Sequence record: NC_028950.1
Direction: 5' to 3' (one strand)
DNA: 64,000 nt
Shown here: in pieces, positions 56,429 to 64,000 of the stretch
How the letters are laid out: every line of letters starts with the position of its first letter
Numbering within the stretch: position 1 is the stretch's first letter
Position numbers and translations under genes: made by a program
Notes under the pieces: generated by a model
The model's input: the letters and a program-made list of their open reading frames with translations, nothing else
Database searches by the model: none
What the model was told of the DNA's origin: nothing

Positions 56429-57124
56429 TTAACCGATGTACTGGATGATGTTGTCGACCGACTTCTGTACTTCACTGATCGAGCGAGTTGCGTCAATAGT
56501 GAAAAGCGGTCCTGCTTCCTGCAACATGCGCTGACTGAACTGTGCACGGAAGTTCTGGATGAGATTCTCGAAGAATTCATCCGGCTTGGTTTCGAAGGCG
56601 TCTTTCACATCGCCGGCTGCTTTCACACGCTCGTCAACACGAGCACGGGACGTTGCCAGATCGATGTCCAGAAAGATCGTGGCGTAACCCTTGATCTGGT
56701 TGTAGAGCCATGCACGCTGACTGAGCGGATAGTTCGCCAGGATGTTGGGCAGATTCAGATGGTAGTCAAACATCTGATCACAGAGCTTCTTAGGGATTCC
56801 CTGCGTGAAGTGCTGGTATGCCCACGTCGTGTCGTTCCAACGGTCACTGATGACCACCTGGCCAGCCAGAAGGGCAGGTATGATGGTCTCGGTCAGAACA
56901 CGACGACGCAGATACAGAATGCACGACAAAACAGCCGGCATCGGGATTTTTTGATGGATCCATGCGTCTCGCATGAACGATGCTTCTTCGTCTTTCGGAT
57001 AGGCCGCGACGACGACGTTCGGAATACCTTTTTCGCTCAGGTATTCGCCGATGTATTTCGAGATGCTGCTCTTACCGGAACCATCGATACCTTCGACGGT
57101 CCAGAAACGATTATCGCTAGCCAT
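56429..57124 (-). CDS. tmk: Thymidylate kinase
   Basis: VEGIDGSGKSS P-loop, VISDRW, AYQ. Confidence 0.9.
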   Translation of the reverse strand: MASDNRFWTVEGIDGSGKSSISKYIGEYLSEKGIPNVVVAAYPKDEEASFMRDAWIHQKIPMPAVLSCILYLRRRVLTETIIPALLAGQVVISDRWNDTTWAYQHFTQGIPKKLCDQMFDYHLNLPNILANYPLSQRAWLYNQIKGYATIFLDIDLATSRARVDERVKAAGDVKDAFETKPDEFFENLIQNFRAQFSQRMLQEAGPLFTIDATRSISEVQKSVDNIIQYIG

Positions 57125-57178
57125 GTATGCCTCTTAGGTTTAGGGAGATACCAATGTATCTCCCTACCCAGTTTCTTT

Positions 57179-58171
57179 TTAGATACGTTCCAACACAGGA
57201 CGCCAGTAGAACGAGGTTGCGTAGTTACCGGTTTTCGTGTAACCCGGCGTATACGAACTGCCGGTATAATTACCACGCTGGATATGTGTCGATGCAGTCA
57301 CGAGTTCTTGAAGAATCATGTCCGTGACCATTCCAATATAGGTCGTCGACGCGTTATATGCCAGCGTGGTATCGAGCGCCTGCCAGTTTCTTCCCTTCTG
57401 ACTAATCGGCGTCCAACTCAGCATTTTGTAAATGAGATCGTTCCATTCCGAACCGGAAAGATCGAGCTGGGTGTCGTATGTGTCAGCGGTATAATAACCA
57501 GTCGTCAGCGATGAAACAGCCGGATTGTTTGCCGTCGTAAATGCGGCAGTGAATGGGGTATTGGGCCCGACGCCCGTCGGCAATCGAACTTTGAAATTCG
57601 AGCCATTGACGTTAATCACTTTCAGCTGATTGACGCCAGTCAAAGTGTTGTAATCGCGCGGACCGATGTCATTCGTTCCGTAGACCAGACCAGCATTATA
57701 AAGTGCCGTCCAGGTTGTTTGTCCGATCGGCTGCAGGGGCATGAACAATGTCTTGCCCTTGAATGCAAATTTGAGCCAGTTCTGAGACCCATAGGGGTTC
57801 TTCGCAGTGATTGCAATACCGGACCAGGCAATAAAAGCATCCCAGGATATGAAGTCCACTGCCTGAACAATACCGTAAAAACCAGCCGTCAGATCGCCAT
57901 ACTGAAGCGTCTGAGGTCCAGGACCGCTATACGTCGTCGCAGTGGCTGGAATATTGGCGCTCAGAATGTGGTCGGTGCCATTGTAGACATCGAACATGTA
58001 GTAGTAGGTCGTACCCGCTACTACGTTCGTATCGGTATACTGCGTGGCATTTCCCGCAATAGTGTCGTACACTGCAGGAAGATTGTTCGGATCGATTGCA
58101 GCAGTCGATCGATAGACACGAATTCCTTGAGCTACGGAATTGATGTTCGTAAAACTGATTTGAATTTGCAT
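57179..58171 (-). CDS. Tail accessory protein: FN3-like N-domain plus GPGPQ-family domain
   Basis: GIRVYRS...YTDTNVVAGTTYYY; GPGPQTLQYGD...WLKFAFKGKTLF. Confidence 0.7.
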   Translation of the reverse strand: MQIQISFTNINSVAQGIRVYRSTAAIDPNNLPAVYDTIAGNATQYTDTNVVAGTTYYYMFDVYNGTDHILSANIPATATTYSGPGPQTLQYGDLTAGFYGIVQAVDFISWDAFIAWSGIAITAKNPYGSQNWLKFAFKGKTLFMPLQPIGQTTWTALYNAGLVYGTNDIGPRDYNTLTGVNQLKVINVNGSNFKVRLPTGVGPNTPFTAAFTTANNPAVSSLTTGYYTADTYDTQLDLSGSEWNDLIYKMLSWTPISQKGRNWQALDTTLAYNASTTYIGMVTDMILQELVTASTHIQRGNYTGSSYTPGYTKTGNYATSFYWRPVLERI

Positions 58172-58180
58172 TTCTAATCC

Positions 58181-59194
58181 TTACAGAACCAGTTCCAGAA
58201 CTTGACGCCATCCGCCATAGATGTTGGATACACCCAAGGCGTTCCAGAGAGTAGTGCCAGCGTAGCCAGCCGTTACGGCCATATTCGACAATGACCCCGG
58301 GTATACTGGCAAAACGTTGGTGGCGCGACCACCGCGCAGCAAGCCCAGATTGGCGTTAGTAAACCCGGAAGTCTGCTGACAGTGTTCCGTGATACCGTAC
58401 GACGCACCCATAGCCGGATAAAGATCCCAGTCTTGGCGACCCAATACATTGTTGGTCACGTCCCCGGTATACTTTATCGGCGACATGAACGACCCCAAAA
58501 TGTCGTCGTATTCGTTCGTGGGGAGTGCCGCAGCGCCAGTAAGAGCTACGTTTGCCGGTAGTGCAGCATTATCAGGCAACCCTTTCAGAATTCGAGGAAT
58601 CAGGGTAAAGCCGTTGATGGTCTGCGGATGATATTGATTCGTGGCGGTTGCACCGCCAGGGACCAAAAGACCATTATCGTTGGTGCCGAAAACAGCGCCG
58701 GCAGAATACAGGGTGGTGTAAGCGATGTTGTACTTATACATCGTACGTGCGACGAAAAGTACTTTGCCCTTATAGGCGACTTTCAGCCAATCCAAATCGT
58801 TCGTCAAGGCCGTACCAGCAGTACTGAGGCCGAGTGCAGTTCCCAGGTTGGCATAGCTGATAAGATCGCTGGTAGATTTCGCATAACCGAAATAGCCCAG
58901 ATCCCAGTCACCGGAAATAAGCTTCTGAGGACCCGGACCCGTGTCTGCTGCAGCGACTGCGCGGAAGGCACGGTTCGGCGTCAGCGTTTCGTCAGTACCC
59001 TTGAAGATACCGACGCGATAGTAGTACTTGTTGCCGCGTACTACGGTTGCGTCAACATAAGACGTAGATCCTGCTGCGATGGTTGCGAGAGGTGCGGGCA
59101 TGCTGGCGTCGAGCATAGGCGTATCACTACGATACACGTGAACGCCGTCTTCAGTTCCGCCGTTGTAATTGTCAAATGTAATTGTAATATCCAT
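58181..59194 (-). CDS. Tail accessory protein paralogue (FN3-like plus GPGPQ-family domain)
   Basis: GVHVYRS...YVDATVVRGNKYYY; GPGPQKLISGD...WLKVAYKGKVLF. Confidence 0.7.
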   Translation of the reverse strand: MDITITFDNYNGGTEDGVHVYRSDTPMLDASMPAPLATIAAGSTSYVDATVVRGNKYYYRVGIFKGTDETLTPNRAFRAVAAADTGPGPQKLISGDWDLGYFGYAKSTSDLISYANLGTALGLSTAGTALTNDLDWLKVAYKGKVLFVARTMYKYNIAYTTLYSAGAVFGTNDNGLLVPGGATATNQYHPQTINGFTLIPRILKGLPDNAALPANVALTGAAALPTNEYDDILGSFMSPIKYTGDVTNNVLGRQDWDLYPAMGASYGITEHCQQTSGFTNANLGLLRGGRATNVLPVYPGSLSNMAVTAGYAGTTLWNALGVSNIYGGWRQVLELVL

Positions 59195-59202
59195 GGTTCA
59201 TC

Positions 59203-60231
59203 TCAAGGATTGAATGTGTAACCGACATTGGCGCTTCTCTTCAGAGCTACATCAACCGGGACGATGGTCTGAAGTCGGGAAATCGGGGTATTGACTGTTG
59301 GAGTCGGATTAGAAGTCTTCGTAACGATAACCGTCGAAGGCACAATCGCAGACAGTCGTTTAAGCGAAGTCGACAATGTAGCAACAGCCGCTTGAGTAGC
59401 AGAAGCTACAAGAGGCGGGGCGTTGTTGACGCTAACAGTCGAAGGACGGATCGTGAAAAGCTGGTTCGCAGGAACCAGCTCAAGCACAGGTCGATACAGT
59501 GCCGAATAAATAGGCGACCGAGCTCCCAGAACGTATCCGGAAATACCCGTCGTACTGACCGTTGTGTTGTAGTGGAAAAGCGGTGCTCCGTTCGGATAAG
59601 TCGTGTTGACCAGGTTTTCCCGGTTGACTTCGCCAATAGCACTCGTTCCCAACATGTCCGAAGATAGAAACTGTTCGAACTTCTGTTCCGTGTAAAGCGA
59701 GAAAGAGATGTTGCAGCAACGATACAAGAGTTCCGTAAACATCGAAGAACGTCTCGGAGTCGTATCGGTACTCGTTCCGACAGTCTGAGTCGGTGTCGGA
59801 TTCGCGTCGCCCGTGACGGTACGAATTTTGAATTTGTAAGGTCCTTTGTTAAGGAACCTCAGCTGCCAGGTCGGATAGGCTACACCAGGTGCGCCAACAC
59901 TATCGACGCCTGCGAGCATGCCTGCCGCATACAGACCAGCCCAACTCGTAATGCTTCCAGAAGCTGATGCGTAGAAAATCGGATACTTTTTGATGAACAG
60001 ATATTTGCCGTAGTACAAGAACTTCAACCACGGAGTGTTATCGTTCGATATGGTAGCAGCAGCCAGTTCGGGAATTTGGGCAACAATATCTGCAGCGGAG
60101 AACAGATCGGTATTTGAGACCTGACCGAAGTATCCAACAGTACTGTCACCTCCCGCGAGCGTCTGCGGTCCCGGTCCGGAATCAGAGTAAATCTGCTTAC
60201 TCTTGCCGGCGGCCAGCATGGGTTCTAACAT
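59203..60231 (-). CDS. Tail accessory protein paralogue (GPGPQ-family domain, no FN3)
   Basis: GPGPQTLAGGD...WLKFLYYGKYLF. Confidence 0.7.
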   Translation of the reverse strand: MLEPMLAAGKSKQIYSDSGPGPQTLAGGDSTVGYFGQVSNTDLFSAADIVAQIPELAAATISNDNTPWLKFLYYGKYLFIKKYPIFYASASGSITSWAGLYAAGMLAGVDSVGAPGVAYPTWQLRFLNKGPYKFKIRTVTGDANPTPTQTVGTSTDTTPRRSSMFTELLYRCCNISFSLYTEQKFEQFLSSDMLGTSAIGEVNRENLVNTTYPNGAPLFHYNTTVSTTGISGYVLGARSPIYSALYRPVLELVPANQLFTIRPSTVSVNNAPPLVASATQAAVATLSTSLKRLSAIVPSTVIVTKTSNPTPTVNTPISRLQTIVPVDVALKRSANVGYTFNP

Positions 60232-60373
60232 TATCGCTCCAATTAAGGCAACTACATCAGGCTTTTGGCCTGATGTAATTATTTTTACAAAGCCAAACTA
60301 TCTGTTCGCTACGGCAAAAAAGCAAAAAAAAATCCCCGGTGGTTAGCCGGGGATAATCACGCGCCGCCGAGGG

Positions 60374-61141
60374 CTACACGCGACGCATGTAGAGACTCAG
60401 GGGCACGTAGGACGGATTCACGAAGCGGTACATTGCTGCACGCGCTTGTTCTTTACGACGGATTTCATCTGCCTGATGGAGCAGGGAATCGAGCTCGCTT
60501 TGGTTGCGAGCCGTACCCATCCATTTGCTACCGCCATCTTCGACAGACGAATAGCCAACGCCGACATGACCGTTGTCATACGTTCTGACAAACACGCCGT
60601 CAGGCACCAGCAGATCTTCGACGAGCAACTGGTGATTCCGATTGTACTTCACCGGATACCAGAGATTCTTATTGACTTCGTCTGTCAGGAAACGCAGATT
60701 GTCGAAGTAGTAGTTCGCGGCTTCGAGGACCATCAGCTTGTAGTCGGTATTCCAGAAATCTTTCGCAAGTTCCGTTCCGCCGAATACCCGGATGTAGACT
60801 TTGCGCTGACCACGTTGCTGAACCACCATCTTCGAAGGAAGGATGAAAACGCCATGGCCAGGAATGACCTTGACGCCTTCTTCCTTTTTATCGAACAGCT
60901 GCCGCAACTTACCGCGGCTGCTGAACGCCTTCGATTGACCGAGCGCGACATTGTATTCGCGGAAAGCCTCGGCCGATACTTCTTCGTCCACGATGGGCGT
61001 GAACACGTGGCTTTGGCGAATGCTATTCACACGCCACGCTTTATCGCCACGACCAATGTTGATCATGGACAGATCCGAATCGATCGGGAATTCACGATTC
61101 AGAATACGCACTACATTTTTGCCGACGGAGATTTGTTGCAT
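60374..61141 (-). CDS. Hypothetical protein
   Basis: 255-aa ORF followed by a terminator at 60332-60354. Confidence 0.7.
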   Translation of the reverse strand: MQQISVGKNVVRILNREFPIDSDLSMINIGRGDKAWRVNSIRQSHVFTPIVDEEVSAEAFREYNVALGQSKAFSSRGKLRQLFDKKEEGVKVIPGHGVFILPSKMVVQQRGQRKVYIRVFGGTELAKDFWNTDYKLMVLEAANYYFDNLRFLTDEVNKNLWYPVKYNRNHQLLVEDLLVPDGVFVRTYDNGHVGVGYSSVEDGGSKWMGTARNQSELDSLLHQADEIRRKEQARAAMYRFVNPSYVPLSLYMRRV

Positions 61142-61177
61142 GTCGATTTTATCCTAACTAAATTTTGAAGTTGAAGC

Positions 61178-61915
61178 TTAAGCGGCGTGGGAGCCGATTT
61201 CCTCAGAGTTTGCTGCTTCCTGGCTTTCGTCGGATGCAGCCTTTTGGCGAGCCTTGATGATGCAGATCGCCATGTCCACGGCCACCAGAAAGTGAGCGTG
61301 GGAAGTTGTGTACGGATTCTTCGGAACAGAAACCGTACTTGCCAACCGTCGCGGATCGCCAGCTTCTTCATAGCTTTCCAGCGGCGCGGTCGTCTGATAC
61401 GCGTCGATCATTTCCTTGGTAGCGGCAATGACCGAATCAACCCAGACATACTTCTTTTTCCATGCAGCCTTGTAATAGCGCTTGGCGTCTTCCACGCTAT
61501 AGCCGGCTTCGGCAAGCGTCGTCAGACAACCTTGTTCGAAAATCTCGCGAGTGCGAACGGACAGCGGGATTGCGACGATCGTTCGGCCGACTTCCTTTTC
61601 ATCCTGCTTGCGGATGTTGACCCGGATGTCCCATTCGCCGAGGCGATGCGGAACTCGACTCCAACCATGGAAGAATTGTACCAGGTCCTTCTGGCGTCCT
61701 TCCGAAACGATCTTCTCGATTTCTGCCACAGCCGCTTCATCAGCAGCCGATGCGAGAGGCAGAGGGGCTGCCCGATGAGCAGGGCGGTGCGTTGCGTGGT
61801 TATTTCCTCCACGGCTATATGCCGAGGTATGCGGCCGGTGGCGTTGGCCTTCTGTGGATTGGGGCGTATTCTTCTTGTTGCCGCCGAATCGATGTGCCAT
61901 ATTGAGATAAGTCAT
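61178..61915 (-). CDS. Hypothetical early protein with basic disordered N-terminus
   Basis: GGGAG RBS before MTYLN; downstream of promoter 62013. Confidence 0.65.
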   Translation of the reverse strand: MTYLNMAHRFGGNKKNTPQSTEGQRHRPHTSAYSRGGNNHATHRPAHRAAPLPLASAADEAAVAEIEKIVSEGRQKDLVQFFHGWSRVPHRLGEWDIRVNIRKQDEKEVGRTIVAIPLSVRTREIFEQGCLTTLAEAGYSVEDAKRYYKAAWKKKYVWVDSVIAATKEMIDAYQTTAPLESYEEAGDPRRLASTVSVPKNPYTTSHAHFLVAVDMAICIIKARQKAASDESQEAANSEEIGSHAA

Positions 61916-62012
61916 GATGACTCCCAAGACATAATTTTGGTAAGCGAGGAATTCGCTTGTTTTAACCAACAGAACTGAATCCGACAAAAGTTTTAGCCGG
62001 AAATTCATTTTG

Positions 62013-62020
62013 ATTATATA
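62013..62020 (-). promoter_or_regulatory. Putative early promoter core TATATAAT
   Basis: Intergenic, downstream of hairpin 62080-62107. Confidence 0.4.
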
Positions 62021-62109
62021 TTGTTGATTTTTTCTGCATTATATCTGAACGCCACACAGATAAAAACATACATAGACCAATACCAGAAGCCTTGCGGCCT
62101 CTGGTATCG

Positions 62110-62547
62110 TCATTTCTTTGGCTGTTGATTACTAGGCGTTTGGGCAAGCAACTTCTCCAACTTCTGAATGGCGCCGTTACCGGCACCAAGCAGCTTGGCG
62201 CTATGCTTCTTCGCCGAGTTAATCACCTTCAGGAAATCGCGTCGAGGATAACGAATCAACTCATCGAACGATAACCCGAAGATTTCATGCACCCGGTTTT
62301 CAGCAAACTGGTCGAGTCGGAAGTCAAGCGGGTCCACACGAGCCAGATCCTCAAGAGGCGAGCAGAACAACAGAGGCCATGGAACGGATTTGTCGTCCGG
62401 CGCATCGTGATTGTAGATGCCAAAAGCGGTTTCGTACTTCATCCGCATGAACAATTCCGCGTCCACCACGTTGGGCAGCTTGGTATTGGTCATGGCTTCC
62501 AGTATCACGTTGACCGGACTTCTTCCTCTGTCTTCTACTCTCGCCAT
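62110..62547 (-). CDS. Putative baseplate/tail assembly protein (phiKZ gp78-like)
   Basis: EIFGLSFDELIRYP; synteny; start placed just after the upstream stop. Confidence 0.55.
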   Translation of the reverse strand: MARVEDRGRSPVNVILEAMTNTKLPNVVDAELFMRMKYETAFGIYNHDAPDDKSVPWPLLFCSPLEDLARVDPLDFRLDQFAENRVHEIFGLSFDELIRYPRRDFLKVINSAKKHSAKLLGAGNGAIQKLEKLLAQTPSNQQPKK

Positions 62548-62555
62548 CTCGGGTT

Positions 62556-64000
62556 CTAGTCCGATGTGTCCTCCAGACTCCTCGATGAGAGTCCAAGCAA
62601 CTTCTGCTCGACCAGCTGAAAAAAAACCGAAATCGCATCGACTGCGATCAGGCGCGGCCACTTGTCGCCAGACAGGGTGTCCTCGTACTCGTTGACCGAA
62701 GTCGTCGCAATGATTGCGACTTGCGTGTTGTTGATGTAGTCGCTGATCGCCTTGAAGAACTTCCGGGAGATCTCGTCGGATGCCGACAGGGACACGAGCA
62801 CCTTGTCCACGTTTTCACGCGTGGTGTAGAGCTCACCATCTTCCTCGATCGACTTGACGTAGTGCGAATACTGGCGCAGACGGGAAGCCTTAGCCAACTG
62901 GCTAATGTACTGCATGCGCTTCTGATCGGTTGCATCTGCGCCGAGAGCTTCGTGAACCGCAGCGTTGATCTCGTTGATCCACTTTTCGCCGGAGTCGAAG
63001 TACTCTCGCAGGCTGGGCGTGTACAGATGCAGCTTCACGCCCGCGCCGATGTCGACAACCGTGTTCTGGTTGAAGACGAACTGGTCCTTGTAGTCCTTGA
63101 TCGTCTTGAGCGTCATCGGCGATTCGATGCGCTTGACCAGGTGTGCCAGCTGCTCTTCCTTGAACATTTTGGCGTTCATGAAGAGCGACTTGCGCAGGTC
63201 GATGATCTGCGTCAGTTCTTCCTTCGGCAGCTTCGTATCTTCCGTGAAGACGGCCCGGGACATCGGGAAGCCATTCGGATAGATAGCGGATGCCACCGAC
63301 AGAGCGATCAACGGCAGATCGTTCACGGTGATGTGATCGACCAGGTTTTCCTTGGGCAGATCGCTGACGGTCGTTTCGACCATCGCCGCGACGAACGCTT
63401 CGAAAACAGCCTTGGCCGTGAAGACCGAGTTGTTCGCGAACATGAGACCATGCGTTGCCCGACCGAGCTTGATCGGTTCAGCGATGATGGTGCGCCACAG
63501 GCCGATGATGTCGTATTCTTCCAGCGGCTTCACCGTCACGTAGAAGCCCGAACCGACGAGCGGAACCTGCACCGGCGAACCCAGACCCAGACGTGCACGA
63601 ACCGAGAGGTTCAGACGTTCCGAGCTCATCCGCGAGCCACGACCCTTGTTCGAGAACTTGGGGCGGCCGATGTTGATGTTCTGTCCGGCGTACGACAGAG
63701 CGTTGCGCCATTCAGTATTCGGATCAGCCAGAGCGTCTTCGAACACGCCATGAGCGGGAACCGAGCGGAAGCCGTTGAGCAGCGTCTGATACCAGTTCAC
63801 TGCATCTTCGTTGACGTCGACTTCGCCCATCTTGGTCGCCGACATGTCGTCGTTGATACGACTTGCCGAATCGGGCAGAAGGGGAACCAGGACGCCCTGG
63901 AATTCCTTCAGCTGTTCTTCACCGGGAGCAGGCGACATCAGGTCGGTCTTGCTTTCCCAGTTCTTGGCTTGCTTGGGCACCTCGACGGTTTGCGGGTCGA
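62556..64000 (-). CDS. Baseplate hub assembly-like protein (phiKZ gp77-like), 5' end outside window
   Basis: Frame is open to the window edge; RLGLGSPVQVPLVGSGFYVT, IYPNGFP; synteny. Confidence 0.6.
   Translation of the reverse strand, partial: DPQTVEVPKQAKNWESKTDLMSPAPGEEQLKEFQGVLVPLLPDSASRINDDMSATKMGEVDVNEDAVNWYQTLLNGFRSVPAHGVFEDALADPNTEWRNALSYAGQNINIGRPKFSNKGRGSRMSSERLNLSVRARLGLGSPVQVPLVGSGFYVTVKPLEEYDIIGLWRTIIAEPIKLGRATHGLMFANNSVFTAKAVFEAFVAAMVETTVSDLPKENLVDHITVNDLPLIALSVASAIYPNGFPMSRAVFTEDTKLPKEELTQIIDLRKSLFMNAKMFKEEQLAHLVKRIESPMTLKTIKDYKDQFVFNQNTVVDIGAGVKLHLYTPSLREYFDSGEKWINEINAAVHEALGADATDQKRMQYISQLAKASRLRQYSHYVKSIEEDGELYTTRENVDKVLVSLSASDEISRKFFKAISDYINNTQVAIIATTSVNEYEDTLSGDKWPRLIAVDAISVFFQLVEQKLLGLSSRSLEDTSD

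Noticed and set aside
1-64000. tRNA, rRNA, CRISPR arrays, transposases, integrases; genetic-code reassignment
   Set aside because: None recognised by eye; genes such as thyA, tmk and PolB are intact under the standard code.

Overview
64 kb segment of a phiKZ-like (Chimalliviridae-type) jumbo myophage genome, mostly minus-strand and about 52% GC. All family assignments come from recalled motifs and gene order, not from database searches. The left edge holds the C-terminus of a probable DnaB-like helicase. Positions 0.3-26 kb are an accessory/early region: an array of six winged-helix proteins, an orphan HicB, an IF2_N-like protein, a COG4112 Nudix, a solo QueC-like protein, a HAD phosphatase, a holin-like protein and a thyA with large insertions. 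Positions 26-32 kb are a collagen-like tail fibre module. Positions 33.7-55 kb follow the conserved phiKZ gp101-to-gp82 order (baseplate and inner-head proteins, then the PolB exonuclease subunit, here fused in frame to DUF4326). Positions 55-60 kb are a SPRY/FN3 paralogue cassette around tmk, and 62-64 kb are gp78/gp77-like genes. No tRNA, rRNA, CRISPR array or transposase was seen. Best leads: (1) a promoter-structured RNA-terminator unit at 22.24-22.41 kb with anti-Shine-Dalgarno loops and a possible attenuator; (2) the winged-helix array with an upstream dyad; (3) a recurring hairpin+TATG element; (4) ORFans carrying fragments of IF2, DnaB and possibly portal; (5) the DUF4326-DNA polymerase fusion.
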